DNA from: Halobacteriovoraceae bacterium
GTDB lineage: Bacteria; Bdellovibrionota; Bacteriovoracia; Bacteriovoracales; Bacteriovoracaceae
Assembly (NCBI GenBank): GCA_963719505.1
Contig: CAVRCF010000005.1
Span: 128,001-192,000 of the forward strand
DNA length: 64,000 nucleotides
Reading direction: 5' to 3'
Shown piece by piece: positions 20,469 to 30,945 of the stretch. Positions within the stretch are counted from its first letter, which is position 1, and the number at the start of each line of letters is the position of its first letter. The notes under the pieces were generated by a model. It was not told the origin of the DNA, did no database searches, and saw only the letters and a program-made list of their open reading frames with translations. The position numbers and the translations under genes were made by a program.

Positions 20469-22511
20469 ATGAAGTTAGTAATGTCACTTATGTTAATCGC
20501 TTTAGTTGGATGTAATGCAAATCCATATCCTGAGGCGGAAAATTCAAGAGATTCAGTGAGAACTCCTACCAGCCAACCAAACCCAGAGGACAATGAAAAG
20601 CCACCTAAGGATCCCCTTGCTATGGCCATCGTCGCTCAAATGGATTTTAAAGAGGGAAGAAGATCACAGTATCAATTCAAAGTTGAAGTAAGAAAACCAG
20701 GAACACCAATTGTTTGGATTGATAATTTACCTCCAGGTGCTGTCTTTGACGATGAAAAGATGATTATTACATGGCAACCAACTTTCTTTGATGGAAACGA
20801 TCCAAAAGATCCATCAGTCAAGGTGAGAACATATTCAATTGTGGTGAATCTTAGAAGCTCGATTCTCTCAGAACAAAGAATTAAAGAAAATGTTATCTTA
20901 AAGGTAACTGATACCCCAAGAACGGTAAAGGTGGACGGGAGTTCATCAGTTTCTGTTGATGAGGGTAATAAACTCATCTATAAATTTGATATCAGTAATG
21001 ATGACTATCCACAGGGACCCTTTAAGGTTCTGACTAAGGATATGCCACCGAACACGACTTTAGTTAAAAACTCAGAGACTCAATATCAATTAGAGTTCTC
21101 TCCAGATTATTATCACGTTAATAGAAATACCGATGGGCGTGATCTTGAATACAACGCTAAAATTATCGTCAACAACCCCGCAAATCATATTGGGGAAAAA
21201 GAAGTTGAAATCACTGTTAACGATAAAAGACTTGGAGTTAACCTTCAAACGCCTAATACTGCACAGACTCCTGTTTTGGAACAAGGTCTCGATGCTAGTT
21301 TTCAAGTTGTTGCCTATGACTTAAACAAAGAGGTGACTCCTGACATCGAATTTACTTCGACAAAACCAGAATATGGTAATTTTAAATACGAACTTGTCAC
21401 CAACTCAGATAGTTACTCTTCAATTTTTAATGTTCAGTGGTTAGATATTCCACCAGCTTATAATGGAAAGACGATTAGCCTTGGTTTTAAGGCCTGTGTT
21501 CTTGGAGAATACCGAAAAGATAATTGTTCAACTAAAACTCTTAAAATTGCGATAAAAGTAAAAGATAGACAACCTCCAGTGATCAATAGATCAAATTGGC
21601 CAGTTGGAGAACTTCTTTATTTAGGTTTCAATCAAACGGAAACAAGAAGAGTAAAAATTACTGACGGTGAAGATCCAAGAATTACGCCTAATATTGAAAT
21701 CTTTCCTAAAGAGATGAGACCTTTTGTTGAGTACTCAGGTGACATCTTAAGAATGAAGTTTGATAAAGCCGGAACGTATCAGTTTACCGTTAAAGCGACT
21801 AGTGATTATAAAACGTCAACGACTGAAAGTTTTATCATAGAAGTCTTTCCAAAAGACAGAAGCAAGGTGCTTTTCTTTGCAGACTCGACACGTGATCCTG
21901 AAGTTAAGTTTTATAAAGAGAATTTAAAAGAAGTCTCTTTGATGAATCCTCTTATTCAAACGATAAGTCTAAGGTCAGTTAAAGATAGAGAAACTTTAGT
22001 TCTTGGGACAAGTGTTCTTTTTGATAAGGAAGCGAATCCTCAGATCTTAAAAGCGATGAATGAGATTAAAAATCTTGTTATTGCTTCACCACTGATGAGT
22101 AATATGCCTGAGAAGTTTTTAAGTGAGCTCAACGATACTTATTCAACTAAATTCATCGGAAGATACTCTGAACTTCCTACGGCGCCTGCGATTGAGAAAA
22201 TGTTCTTTAAACATACAACTCAGTTTCAGACTCCTATGCATCAGGTTCAGCTAAAGCTTCGTTCATCAAGTGAATCATACGATCCTCTTATTTTTAACGG
22301 TTCACTAGATAACCCAAATAAAAACTGTAAAAGTGTTCTTGGGATTACACCAGATGGGAACTCGCCCTATGTTATAGGTGTTGTTTGTACGAGAACAAAT
22401 GGTGGAAAACTTGTTCTTCTTGGAACAGAATGGGCCGATCTCAAAGTTCATGAGGACGATGCGTTGATTCCAGCTCTTTGGTTTAATACTATGCTTAAAG
22501 GAAGATTCTAA
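20469..22511 (+). CDS. Lipoprotein with Ig/cadherin-like beta-sandwich domains
   Basis: Lipobox LVGC; NLPPGAVFD...ITWQP He_PIG-like motif; beta-rich sequence. Confidence 0.7.
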   Translation: MKLVMSLMLIALVGCNANPYPEAENSRDSVRTPTSQPNPEDNEKPPKDPLAMAIVAQMDFKEGRRSQYQFKVEVRKPGTPIVWIDNLPPGAVFDDEKMIITWQPTFFDGNDPKDPSVKVRTYSIVVNLRSSILSEQRIKENVILKVTDTPRTVKVDGSSSVSVDEGNKLIYKFDISNDDYPQGPFKVLTKDMPPNTTLVKNSETQYQLEFSPDYYHVNRNTDGRDLEYNAKIIVNNPANHIGEKEVEITVNDKRLGVNLQTPNTAQTPVLEQGLDASFQVVAYDLNKEVTPDIEFTSTKPEYGNFKYELVTNSDSYSSIFNVQWLDIPPAYNGKTISLGFKACVLGEYRKDNCSTKTLKIAIKVKDRQPPVINRSNWPVGELLYLGFNQTETRRVKITDGEDPRITPNIEIFPKEMRPFVEYSGDILRMKFDKAGTYQFTVKATSDYKTSTTESFIIEVFPKDRSKVLFFADSTRDPEVKFYKENLKEVSLMNPLIQTISLRSVKDRETLVLGTSVLFDKEANPQILKAMNEIKNLVIASPLMSNMPEKFLSELNDTYSTKFIGRYSELPTAPAIEKMFFKHTTQFQTPMHQVQLKLRSSSESYDPLIFNGSLDNPNKNCKSVLGITPDGNSPYVIGVVCTRTNGGKLVLLGTEWADLKVHEDDALIPALWFNTMLKGRF

Positions 22512-23188
22512 TGAAAAAAATATTACTACCCCTTCTGTTAGTTAGTCTAAGTGCACAAGCCTCTTTAGAGAAAAAGCTAGATGCTCTTAATATTCCAGAT
22601 GATAAGGTTACCCCTTTGGTTTCAGAGGATAAGCTCTATATCGTTAACACCAGATACTCTTCTCTTAGAAATAGACATGAAGTAACCCTTGGTGGAGCCC
22701 GTGATTTTATGGCCGACTCACATCTTGAATCGACTCAGGTGACGGGAACTTACAGATACCATATCAATTCAAAATTCTCTTTAGGTCTTCGACACTCCAT
22801 TTTTGAAAACGACTTAACGGAGTCAGGGGATGAGCTTTTTGGAAATGAAAGTATTTTACCAGATTCAGATTATGCCGTTAAAAGTACGGAGATTTTTGGA
22901 ACTTATAACTTATTCTACGGAAAACTTAGAGTGAGTTCTAAGCGAGTTGTCTACTTTGATAACTATATCTCTCTTGGTTATGGAACTGTTGAATTAGCCT
23001 CAATGGAGACTTCAACATATTCTGCTGATATTGGTGTCGCTTTTTGGTTAGGAAAGCATATGAGTGCTAGGATTGGGATCAAAAACGATTTTTATATGCA
23101 ACAAAAAATTAAAGGAAATGAAACAGCTCATAATGGTCTTGGTTATGTTGAATTTGGATACCTCTTTGGTGAAGGTAGTAGACTGTGA
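22511..23188 (+). CDS. Outer-membrane beta-barrel protein (GltA/B/H-like)
   Basis: Signal peptide, RHEV, FYGKL, VVYFD motifs, amphipathic strands. Confidence 0.75.
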   Translation: MKKILLPLLLVSLSAQASLEKKLDALNIPDDKVTPLVSEDKLYIVNTRYSSLRNRHEVTLGGARDFMADSHLESTQVTGTYRYHINSKFSLGLRHSIFENDLTESGDELFGNESILPDSDYAVKSTEIFGTYNLFYGKLRVSSKRVVYFDNYISLGYGTVELASMETSTYSADIGVAFWLGKHMSARIGIKNDFYMQQKIKGNETAHNGLGYVEFGYLFGEGSRL

Positions 23189-24705
23189 GATTACTTTTAC
23201 TCTTAGTAACACTTTCTTCTTTTGCCAATGATGGAACAAACCTTCTTTTGAAATCGAAAGGAGAGGATGTCGATCTAACGTCAAAGCTAACTCAAGTTAA
23301 GCAGCTCAGTCTCGACGATGCTTTTAAAGTACAACTTTTTGGAAAGTGGAAAGCCTCTGGTGCCATGGATCCAAAAGTGAACGATTGGGTTAATCTCGTT
23401 TTAGGTGGAGATTTTAAAGCTAGTTTAGAGGCCATGCCAGGCATTATTGGCCTCGCTCCACAGCGGTTTCGTTCAACGATTGAGACAACTAAGTTGTACT
23501 TATTCTCAAAGCTTAATCTTCAAACCCTTTTTGTATCAAACTGGCTTAAAGCCACTAAAGATCCGAGCTTTTTAAACTCAGAAGTTGGTCTGGCTCTGGA
23601 TTTTGTGGTTTCAGGTGATCTCACGAAAAACCTTATGACTTCAGGTGTTTTCTTTTCTGAAAACGAAAAAGCTCTTTTAAAAAATATAGAAACAAGACAG
23701 TCTAAGATTAATTATATTCTTCAAGGGTTTAGCTCGCTTCGTTCGGGAAAAGATGCTCTTCAGTGGATTAGTAAACTTGATGTTAATAATCCTCTAAGAC
23801 TTATGATTGCCAACACAGCACTTATTGATTACGCCAAAGATGGAAGCTTAAAAGCATCAGCAAGGCTTATCAAAGAAGTTGTAGAGCCTATTATTGAAAA
23901 ATCAAATGATACAGAGAGAATCTCTCACTATTATTTAAATCTCGCGAGACTTCTCTATCAGGCAAAAGCTTATGAAGCGGCTAGGGGATATTATTCTTCT
24001 ATTCCAGAATCTTCTCGTTATTTTTTAACCGCTTCAACAGAGCTTATTTGGGTTAATCTTCGCCTTAAAGACTTCCCTTCAGTTAAAGGAACTCTTGCCA
24101 CACTCAAGCTGTCTCTTTTTGAAGATACCTTTAATCCTGAGATTTATCTTGTGAGCTCTATTGCTAATCTCCAAACTTGTCAATTTACAGAGGTGAGAGA
24201 TAATTTTAAAGTTTTCCTTTCAGCAAATAAAAAATGGGCAAAGTTAATTGATTCAGAACTTAAAAAAGAAAATGCAACTATCATTGAAAATGATTTTTTC
24301 ACTGATAATCTTTCGCGTTTTATGACGTCGGCTAAAGCTGATGCACTGACTTTGAAAAACCTTTCAAATAATTTTTGGAATGTTAATCTCTCTTCGTTAG
24401 AAAAAGACGTTAAATTGGCAGAAAGTTCACTTGAAACTGAATCTAAAAGGCGCTGGAAAAACAGAGAAACAATACTAAGTGAAGCCATTTATAAAATGAG
24501 ATTTGTGAAAATTGAATTCATCTCTCAGATGAGAGACTTCTCACTAAAACTCTCTAAGTCTTATGAAGATAAGGTCTCCACATATGCGGCAGCGAATGCG
24601 AGGGATAATCAAATTCGCTTTAAAGCCGATCATGTGATTTGGAGTGATGAGCTTTTTAATACGACAGCTCAAGTTGAAAACTTATGTATGCAAGGAAGAA
24701 AATAA
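23185..24705 (+). CDS. TPR protein (GltC-like)
   Basis: LARLLYQ..Y..A..YY..I..S, E..W, P.......A.L..CQF, C-terminal W.DEL. Confidence 0.7.
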   Translation: MRLLLLLVTLSSFANDGTNLLLKSKGEDVDLTSKLTQVKQLSLDDAFKVQLFGKWKASGAMDPKVNDWVNLVLGGDFKASLEAMPGIIGLAPQRFRSTIETTKLYLFSKLNLQTLFVSNWLKATKDPSFLNSEVGLALDFVVSGDLTKNLMTSGVFFSENEKALLKNIETRQSKINYILQGFSSLRSGKDALQWISKLDVNNPLRLMIANTALIDYAKDGSLKASARLIKEVVEPIIEKSNDTERISHYYLNLARLLYQAKAYEAARGYYSSIPESSRYFLTASTELIWVNLRLKDFPSVKGTLATLKLSLFEDTFNPEIYLVSSIANLQTCQFTEVRDNFKVFLSANKKWAKLIDSELKKENATIIENDFFTDNLSRFMTSAKADALTLKNLSNNFWNVNLSSLEKDVKLAESSLETESKRRWKNRETILSEAIYKMRFVKIEFISQMRDFSLKLSKSYEDKVSTYAAANARDNQIRFKADHVIWSDELFNTTAQVENLCMQGRK

Positions 24706-25804
24706 TGAAATATCTTTTTGTTTTACCTCTTTTTATTCTCCTCGGATCTTGTATGAAAGAGGAGGGGGCTCGAACTTTGTCAGACAATACGATCCACCAC
24801 CAAGGGAAAATAATCGCTCTGAGCCTAACGCAAATATCTATCAGCTTAAAGATCTTGGTCTTGATAATAAAGTCGATGTTCTTTTTGTTGTCGATAACTC
24901 AGGAAGTATGGGGCCTATTCAACAAAATATTGTCGATAATGCCAGACTCTTTATGAGTGAGTTTATCAACCAAAGACATATTGATTGGAAACTTGGGGTT
25001 ATTTCGACGGATAATAATGAGGAGCCTTTTTTAGGTTTTAACTCTCCTTTCTCTTCAGCGCTTATTGACTATGAGAGTCCGGCAAGTATTGAGCAGACAA
25101 TTGCAACCTTTCAAAGTGCTATCAACTCCTTGGGAACAAGCGGTTCTGCATCCGAGTATGTTTTTCATAATGTTTTAAGAAATATAAAAAAATACAACGA
25201 TCCGGGAACCACGAGACCTGAATTTGTGCGTGGCTCTTCTCACTTAGCTGTCATTATGGTGACTGACGAAAGAGAACAAAGTGGAAGCTTATCGGGGCCA
25301 TATGCACCTTTAGAGATGCTCAACACTGTCAGCGGTTATGTTGGCTCAAATAAAAAAGTACGCTTCTATGGTGCGCTTCAGGCCAGTGACTTTGAAGGTT
25401 GCTCTACATGGGATGAAATCACTTATGAAGGCAGTCGTTATGAAAATATTATTAAAGAGTCTGGAGGATTTGCCATTTCAGCTTGTGTTGATGACTTTGG
25501 GGTGAAGCTTGCTGATATTTCAAAAGATATTTCTTCACTAGTAAAAGCGCCTGGTATTCCTTTAAGAGGTGTACCAAAGGTTCACAGTATTAGAGTTTTT
25601 TACAAAGGGGAGGAGCTTCATCCTGGTGCCGTGGATGACTGTGGAAAATGGTATTACGATGCAAGAAATAGAACCATTAATTTTTATACATTTGATTTTG
25701 TCGATAATTTTGAAACCGATCACCTTGTTATCAATTTTGAATACGACGATGGGATTCCAAGAGATACAGATCCCGAGGATGGTTCAAGAGGTGGTTGCCA
25801 GTAG
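24705..25804 (+). pseudogene. VWA-domain lipoprotein (CglB-like), frameshifted at a G5 run (24764-24768)
   Basis: Lipoprotein signal MKYLFVLPLFILLGSC in one frame, VWA MIDAS VDVLFVVDNSGSM in another; one extra G joins them. Confidence 0.75.
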
Positions 25805-26298
25805 TGAAAGTCTCTTTAATTGTGGCCTATTCAAAAAATAAGGCCATTGGACTCAATAATAGAATGCTCTGGCGCTTAAAAGATGATTTTAAAAATTATA
25901 AGAAAATCACCATGGGGCACAGCCTCATCATGGGGAGAAAGACCTTTGAGTCTATCGGCTCACCCCTTCCAGGAAGAACAAGTATCGTTATTTCCAGAAA
26001 CAAAGATTATGAAGTTCCAGATGGTGTCTATTTAACCGACTCGGTTGAGGGGGCTCTAGAGATTGCTAAATCCTTGGGTGATGATGAGTGTTTTATCAAT
26101 GGTGGCGGTGAGATTTATACTCAGGCCATGCCTTTTGTCACCACCGCTTATATTACAAAAGTAGATGTTATTATAGATAAAGCTGATGCCTTTTTTCCAG
26201 ATATTGATTTTTCAAGCTGGAATGAAGTTGAAAGTTTCACCCACCAAAAAGATAAATCAAACGATCACAATTGGTCATTTTCAAAATACGAGAAGTAA
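25804..26298 (+). CDS. folA: Dihydrofolate reductase (copy 2)
   Basis: [28 protein letters not shown] start overlapping the upstream stop. Confidence 0.93.
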   Translation: MKVSLIVAYSKNKAIGLNNRMLWRLKDDFKNYKKITMGHSLIMGRKTFESIGSPLPGRTSIVISRNKDYEVPDGVYLTDSVEGALEIAKSLGDDECFINGGGEIYTQAMPFVTTAYITKVDVIIDKADAFFPDIDFSSWNEVESFTHQKDKSNDHNWSFSKYEK

Positions 26299-28035
26299 AT
26301 GCTATTTTCTGAAATTTCTAAACGTTACCCAAAAAAGTTTAATAAAACTGCCGCTTACACTATTGCCAATAAGATCTTTGACTTGGCCCCGCCTTTTCTG
26401 ATCGGTGTTGCTGTGGATATTGTGGTAAAAAGAGATCAAAGTCTGGTGGCAAGTCTTGGTATAAAGGACTCATGGGATCAACTTCTTTTTGTCTCACTTC
26501 TTACAGTTATTGTTTGGGTATTGGAGTCCTTTTTTGAGTATCTTATGTCGGTGGGATGGAAAGAGCTGGCCCAAACAGTTCAACACGATTTTCGAGAACT
26601 CGCTTTTAGACACACCTTAAATCTTGATCTCTCCCAGGTGGAACAAAAGTCATCTGGTGAATTAATGTCTATTCTCAATGATGATGTAAATCAACTGGAG
26701 CGGTTTTTAAATATAGGAGCTTATTCTCTTATTCAGTTAGGTGTGACGATTTTAATTATCGGAGGGGCTTTTTTCTATCTTGCACCACAAGTTGCTCTTT
26801 ACGGTGTGCTTCCCATTCCTTTTATCATTTGGGGAAGTCTTCGCTTTCAAAAATTTCTTGAACCCAAATATAAAAAAGTTCGCGACAATGTAGGGCTTCT
26901 CAATACTGAGTTTTCAAATTCAATTCAAGGAATGCAAACCATTAAAGCTTTCGCTTGTGAAAAATTTGAAGCCCAAAAAATATCAAAATACTCGAGCTCT
27001 TATATGGATGCCAATTATTCGGCCATTAAAGTTTCTAGCCTCTTTACTCCTTTAATTCGTATGCTTATCCTTTGTGGATTTCTTGTGAATCTTCTTTATG
27101 GAGGTTATCTATGTCTCAATGGACAACTTGAAGTGGGAACTTATTCTATTTTGATTTTTATGATTCAGCGCCTGCTTTGGCCTTTGACAAGTTTAGGCCA
27201 GATGCTTGATCTGTATCAGCGCTCAAATGCTTCTTATAATAGAATTGCTAATCTTTTAAAAATTAAATACAGCATCTTTTCAAACGAGGAAAAATTTCCA
27301 AGCGGCGATCATACGATTAAAGTGTCAAATATTAATTTTAGTTATAGTGAAAGAGAGAGCTTGTTTGAAAATTTAAGTCTAGAAATTGAGCACAATAAAA
27401 CGATTGGTCTTGTTGGAGGGACTGGTTCTGGAAAGTCCACCATCACAAAACTTTTATTAAGATTCTATGATGTGAATTCAGGCAGTATCACTCTTGGCGG
27501 AGTGGAGCTTTCCAAATTTAATTTGGATTCTTTAAGATCGAGTATCGGTTATGTTGGGCAAGACGTTTATCTTTTTCACGGAACGATTAGGGAGAATATT
27601 CTCTACGCCGACCCATCGATGACGGATGAGGAGCTTATTAAGATTTCAAAACTCTCAGAAGCTCATGACTTTATCACAAAGCTTCCTATGGGGTATGATA
27701 CTGTTGTTGGAGAAAGGGGCTATAGACTCTCCGGTGGACAAAGACAGAGGATCTCGATTGCTCGTGCTCTTATTAAGAACCCTCCGATACTTATTTTAGA
27801 TGAAGCCACAAGTGCCGTTGATAATGAAACCGAAGCGGCCATTCAGCGCTCGCTTAAAAAGTTAAAGTCAGGCAGAACGACCATCGTTATCGCCCACAGA
27901 CTTTCAACTATCGTTGATGCAGACAAAATATTTGTCCTTGACCATGGCTCAGTTGTGCAAAGTGGATCCCATAGAGACCTTATAGCCTCTGAGGGATTGT
28001 ACAAAGATCTTTGGAGTGTTCAGACAGGTGCTTAG
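26299..28035 (+). CDS. ABC transporter, fused permease/ATP-binding (MsbA/MdlB-like)
   Basis: TM domain, GGTGSGKST, LSGGQRQR, ILDEATS, IAHRLS. Confidence 0.95.
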   Translation: MLFSEISKRYPKKFNKTAAYTIANKIFDLAPPFLIGVAVDIVVKRDQSLVASLGIKDSWDQLLFVSLLTVIVWVLESFFEYLMSVGWKELAQTVQHDFRELAFRHTLNLDLSQVEQKSSGELMSILNDDVNQLERFLNIGAYSLIQLGVTILIIGGAFFYLAPQVALYGVLPIPFIIWGSLRFQKFLEPKYKKVRDNVGLLNTEFSNSIQGMQTIKAFACEKFEAQKISKYSSSYMDANYSAIKVSSLFTPLIRMLILCGFLVNLLYGGYLCLNGQLEVGTYSILIFMIQRLLWPLTSLGQMLDLYQRSNASYNRIANLLKIKYSIFSNEEKFPSGDHTIKVSNINFSYSERESLFENLSLEIEHNKTIGLVGGTGSGKSTITKLLLRFYDVNSGSITLGGVELSKFNLDSLRSSIGYVGQDVYLFHGTIRENILYADPSMTDEELIKISKLSEAHDFITKLPMGYDTVVGERGYRLSGGQRQRISIARALIKNPPILILDEATSAVDNETEAAIQRSLKKLKSGRTTIVIAHRLSTIVDADKIFVLDHGSVVQSGSHRDLIASEGLYKDLWSVQTGA

Positions 28036-28036
28036 C

Positions 28037-28555
28037 TTAAAGAGCTGGTTCTTTTTGCATTAAGCCCTCGATCGTTTTTTCGAGTTCTATTATTTTCATT
28101 TTTAATTGGTGATTGGTCTCTTCTGTTGGAATGAGCTGAGATTTAAAACTTTCGACAACTTTTGACCTTAACTCTTCTATTGTAAAGGGCTTTGTTAAAT
28201 AGGCACTGGCCCCAAGTTTAGAAGATAAAATATGATCGTCTATGGAAACACTTCCCGTTAATACAAGCAGTGGAATATTTCTATACGATTTTTTAGACTC
28301 TCTGATGGCCTTCAGTAGCATATCACCCGAGCCATCTGGCAATTTTTTATCAGCAATAATAAAATCGATTTTGTTTTGAACGATAAGCTGCTTGGCTTCT
28401 TTAAGGGTCGAAGCATGGAAGTAATTACCGTTGAAGCCAATAACCAAAAGGTTTTCTTCAATAATCTCTGCAATATCTGATTCATCTTCAATGAGTAAAA
28501 TGTTGATTTGAGTTGGTAGGATAAGATCTTCTAACTTGATATAACTTGCCTTCAT
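28037..28555 (-). CDS. Response regulator receiver protein
   Basis: LLIEDE, D..LPDGSG, LT, KPF. Confidence 0.9.
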   Translation of the reverse strand: MKASYIKLEDLILPTQINILLIEDESDIAEIIEENLLVIGFNGNYFHASTLKEAKQLIVQNKIDFIIADKKLPDGSGDMLLKAIRESKKSYRNIPLLVLTGSVSIDDHILSSKLGASAYLTKPFTIEELRSKVVESFKSQLIPTEETNHQLKMKIIELEKTIEGLMQKEPAL

Positions 28556-28656
28556 GCACCACCTTATAGCATATTGGTTTTTTCTACATATTTATTATTC
28601 AGTGCTTTTATAAAAGATGCAATATATTAAGAAAATTTAATGCTCTAAAATTTTCT

Positions 28657-29586
28657 TTAGCATCGAGGGTGTGAAGATGCTCTATAATTAAAGATAAATG
28701 GAATCTTTATAATCTTCCCTTCATCTTTAAATTGAACCCACATTTTTTGAAGTCCCGGTTTCATTTGATTTTGATCGTGAAAATTAAATCTTAATATATG
28801 ATCATAAACTCGCTCACTTGTTCCATCTTCTTCAAGAATAAAAGGACTATGCATATGAGCAAAAGGCATTTTTCCATTCATGGAAGACATATAGTTCTCA
28901 CTTAGCCACACCGAGTGAGCGGCTTCACTGAGCCAAGGCTGAAAGTCGAGCATTTCAACATACTCCACTGTGTCGTGCTTATAAATCTCAACTTCAAAAT
29001 AGACGATATTACCTGAACAACCCGAGAGTTGACGGTGGGAAAAAACTGTCTTGTATCTGGGAGTCGACTCATTTTCTCTTTTGAAAAATTTGGTAATGAC
29101 TCCATTGACCTCATGATCAGCTTGTAGCGCTTGATCTGTATTATTGCCGTGAGCATGAAGCATCATATGATCCATTCTCATGCCGATGCCTTTAACAATA
29201 ACGTCTGTCATAACCATATACATTCCTGCGCTATCAATGGCTTGTGAGACATCTTGGTTGTCAGGGTCTTGATAGGGAAGATTAAGTGTCAAAGAAAAGC
29301 GACCAGTGGTGGGATCGAAATAGGGGTGAACATGTTTAAACTGGGATAAGTCTTTTTTGGCAATAACCATATGCATGTACTTTCCGTGCATAAGCTTAAA
29401 GTCTGTATAAACCGTCTGATCTTTGGGGTTGGTAAAGAAAACTTCAATGACAATGGGGGCGCCAGGCATGACCATAACATGATGGGTGGTCACGGCTTTT
29501 CCATTGACGAAAAAGTGAGATTTGAAGTCTGAAGTTTCAGCGTATAAGGCAGAAGTTAAAAGGAGCATTAAGCATAATATTTTCAT
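28657..29586 (-). CDS. Secreted His/Met-rich protein, possibly metal-binding
   Basis: Signal peptide; MHGKYMH..DLSQFKHVHP and AH...FAHMH motifs. Confidence 0.65.
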   Translation of the reverse strand: MKILCLMLLLTSALYAETSDFKSHFFVNGKAVTTHHVMVMPGAPIVIEVFFTNPKDQTVYTDFKLMHGKYMHMVIAKKDLSQFKHVHPYFDPTTGRFSLTLNLPYQDPDNQDVSQAIDSAGMYMVMTDVIVKGIGMRMDHMMLHAHGNNTDQALQADHEVNGVITKFFKRENESTPRYKTVFSHRQLSGCSGNIVYFEVEIYKHDTVEYVEMLDFQPWLSEAAHSVWLSENYMSSMNGKMPFAHMHSPFILEEDGTSERVYDHILRFNFHDQNQMKPGLQKMWVQFKDEGKIIKIPFIFNYRASSHPRC

Positions 29587-29692
29587 CTAAATACCGTAGC
29601 AGTTTTGTTTTAAATTAACTTCTCAAATGATCTTACATGTATTTACATTTGAGCTGAATACTAAGGATAATAAGAAGAAATGGAGTTTTTTT

Positions 29693-30877
29693 ATGATAAC
29701 AAAGATGTTGGTTTTATCCCTTCTGTGCCTAAATTCGTTTGCCAGTGGTTTTAATGTTTCAAATTCGGAAAATGCTAAGCTTGAAAGTGGACTTGACCTC
29801 ACCAGTGGCGCTGTTAGGGCCAGAAAAGGAAATGATATTTGGGGCTGGACCGATACCCAATCAAATAAAGAGTACGTTATTATGGGGCTGGATTCCAAAA
29901 CCTCATTTGTCGATGTAACAGACCCAAAAAAACCTCTGCATCTGGCTGACCTAAAGACGGCGACGATCTCTTCAGCTTGGAGAGATATAAAGATCTATAA
30001 GCACTACGCCTATATTGTGAGTGAGGCTTGGAGCCACGGAATTCAAATTTTTGACCTGCACAGACTAAGATCTATGACGGGCAAAAAAGTTGAAAAAGTA
30101 GACGCCGATGCTAGAAATAAAGACTTTGGAAGCGCTCATAATATTTTTATCAACACAGACTCGGGCTTTGCCTATGCCGTTGGTGCTAAAACCTGTGATG
30201 GTGGTCTGCATATTATGGACCTTAAGGATCCTCTGAAGCCAAAATTTGTCAACTGTGTCGGCAGAGGGGTCTATGAGATTCCAACCAAACACGGTGACGC
30301 TTACACCCACGACGTTCAATGTGTTATTTACAGCGGTCCAGATATTAAATTCCTAGGCCAAGAGATCTGTGTCTCTTCAAATGAAGATACGGTAAATATC
30401 GTTAACGTCACTGATAAAAATAAGCCTTATCAAATAAGTGCGGCCAGTTATGATGGGGTTAAATACACTCACCAAGGCTGGTTGACTGAAGATCATAAGT
30501 ACTTTCTTTTAGGGGATGAGCTGGATGAGCAAAAGTTTGGAACCAACACCAAGACCTTTATCTGGGATTTTAGTGACCTTTCAAATCCAAAAAACTTTGC
30601 CGTTTTTGAGCATAATTCAAAGGCCATTGATCACAATATGTATGTAAAAGGAAATTACGTCTATCAGGCAAACTACAATGCAGGTCTTCGAATCCTCGAT
30701 CTTACTAATATTGCATCAGGGACTATAACTGAGGCCGGATTCCTAGATACTATGCCCAAAGATGATGGAGCTGTTTTTGAGGGAGTTTGGTCGGTATTTC
30801 CTTACTTTGACTCTGGAACGGTTGCGATTTCTGGAATTAATGGAGTGTTGTACCTAACAAGACCCACTCTTAAGTAA
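29693..30877 (+). CDS. Choice-of-anchor B / LVIVD-repeat family protein
   Basis: NDIWGW, WRDIK, HNI, YTHDVQC, YTHQGW, DELDE, IDHN, GVWSVFPYF.SG. Confidence 0.85.
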   Translation: MITKMLVLSLLCLNSFASGFNVSNSENAKLESGLDLTSGAVRARKGNDIWGWTDTQSNKEYVIMGLDSKTSFVDVTDPKKPLHLADLKTATISSAWRDIKIYKHYAYIVSEAWSHGIQIFDLHRLRSMTGKKVEKVDADARNKDFGSAHNIFINTDSGFAYAVGAKTCDGGLHIMDLKDPLKPKFVNCVGRGVYEIPTKHGDAYTHDVQCVIYSGPDIKFLGQEICVSSNEDTVNIVNVTDKNKPYQISAASYDGVKYTHQGWLTEDHKYFLLGDELDEQKFGTNTKTFIWDFSDLSNPKNFAVFEHNSKAIDHNMYVKGNYVYQANYNAGLRILDLTNIASGTITEAGFLDTMPKDDGAVFEGVWSVFPYFDSGTVAISGINGVLYLTRPTLK

Positions 30878-30945
30878 ATCTTTCAATTTGGTTTTTTTTC
30901 ATCTAGGGGTTTGTTAGTCTGACTAAACAAAATTACCCCTGGAGC

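Noticed and set aside
24644-24704. Start of the 386-aa VWA ORF at 24644
   Set aside because: It overlaps the upstream gene and lacks a signal peptide. The real start is ATG 24705 in another frame.
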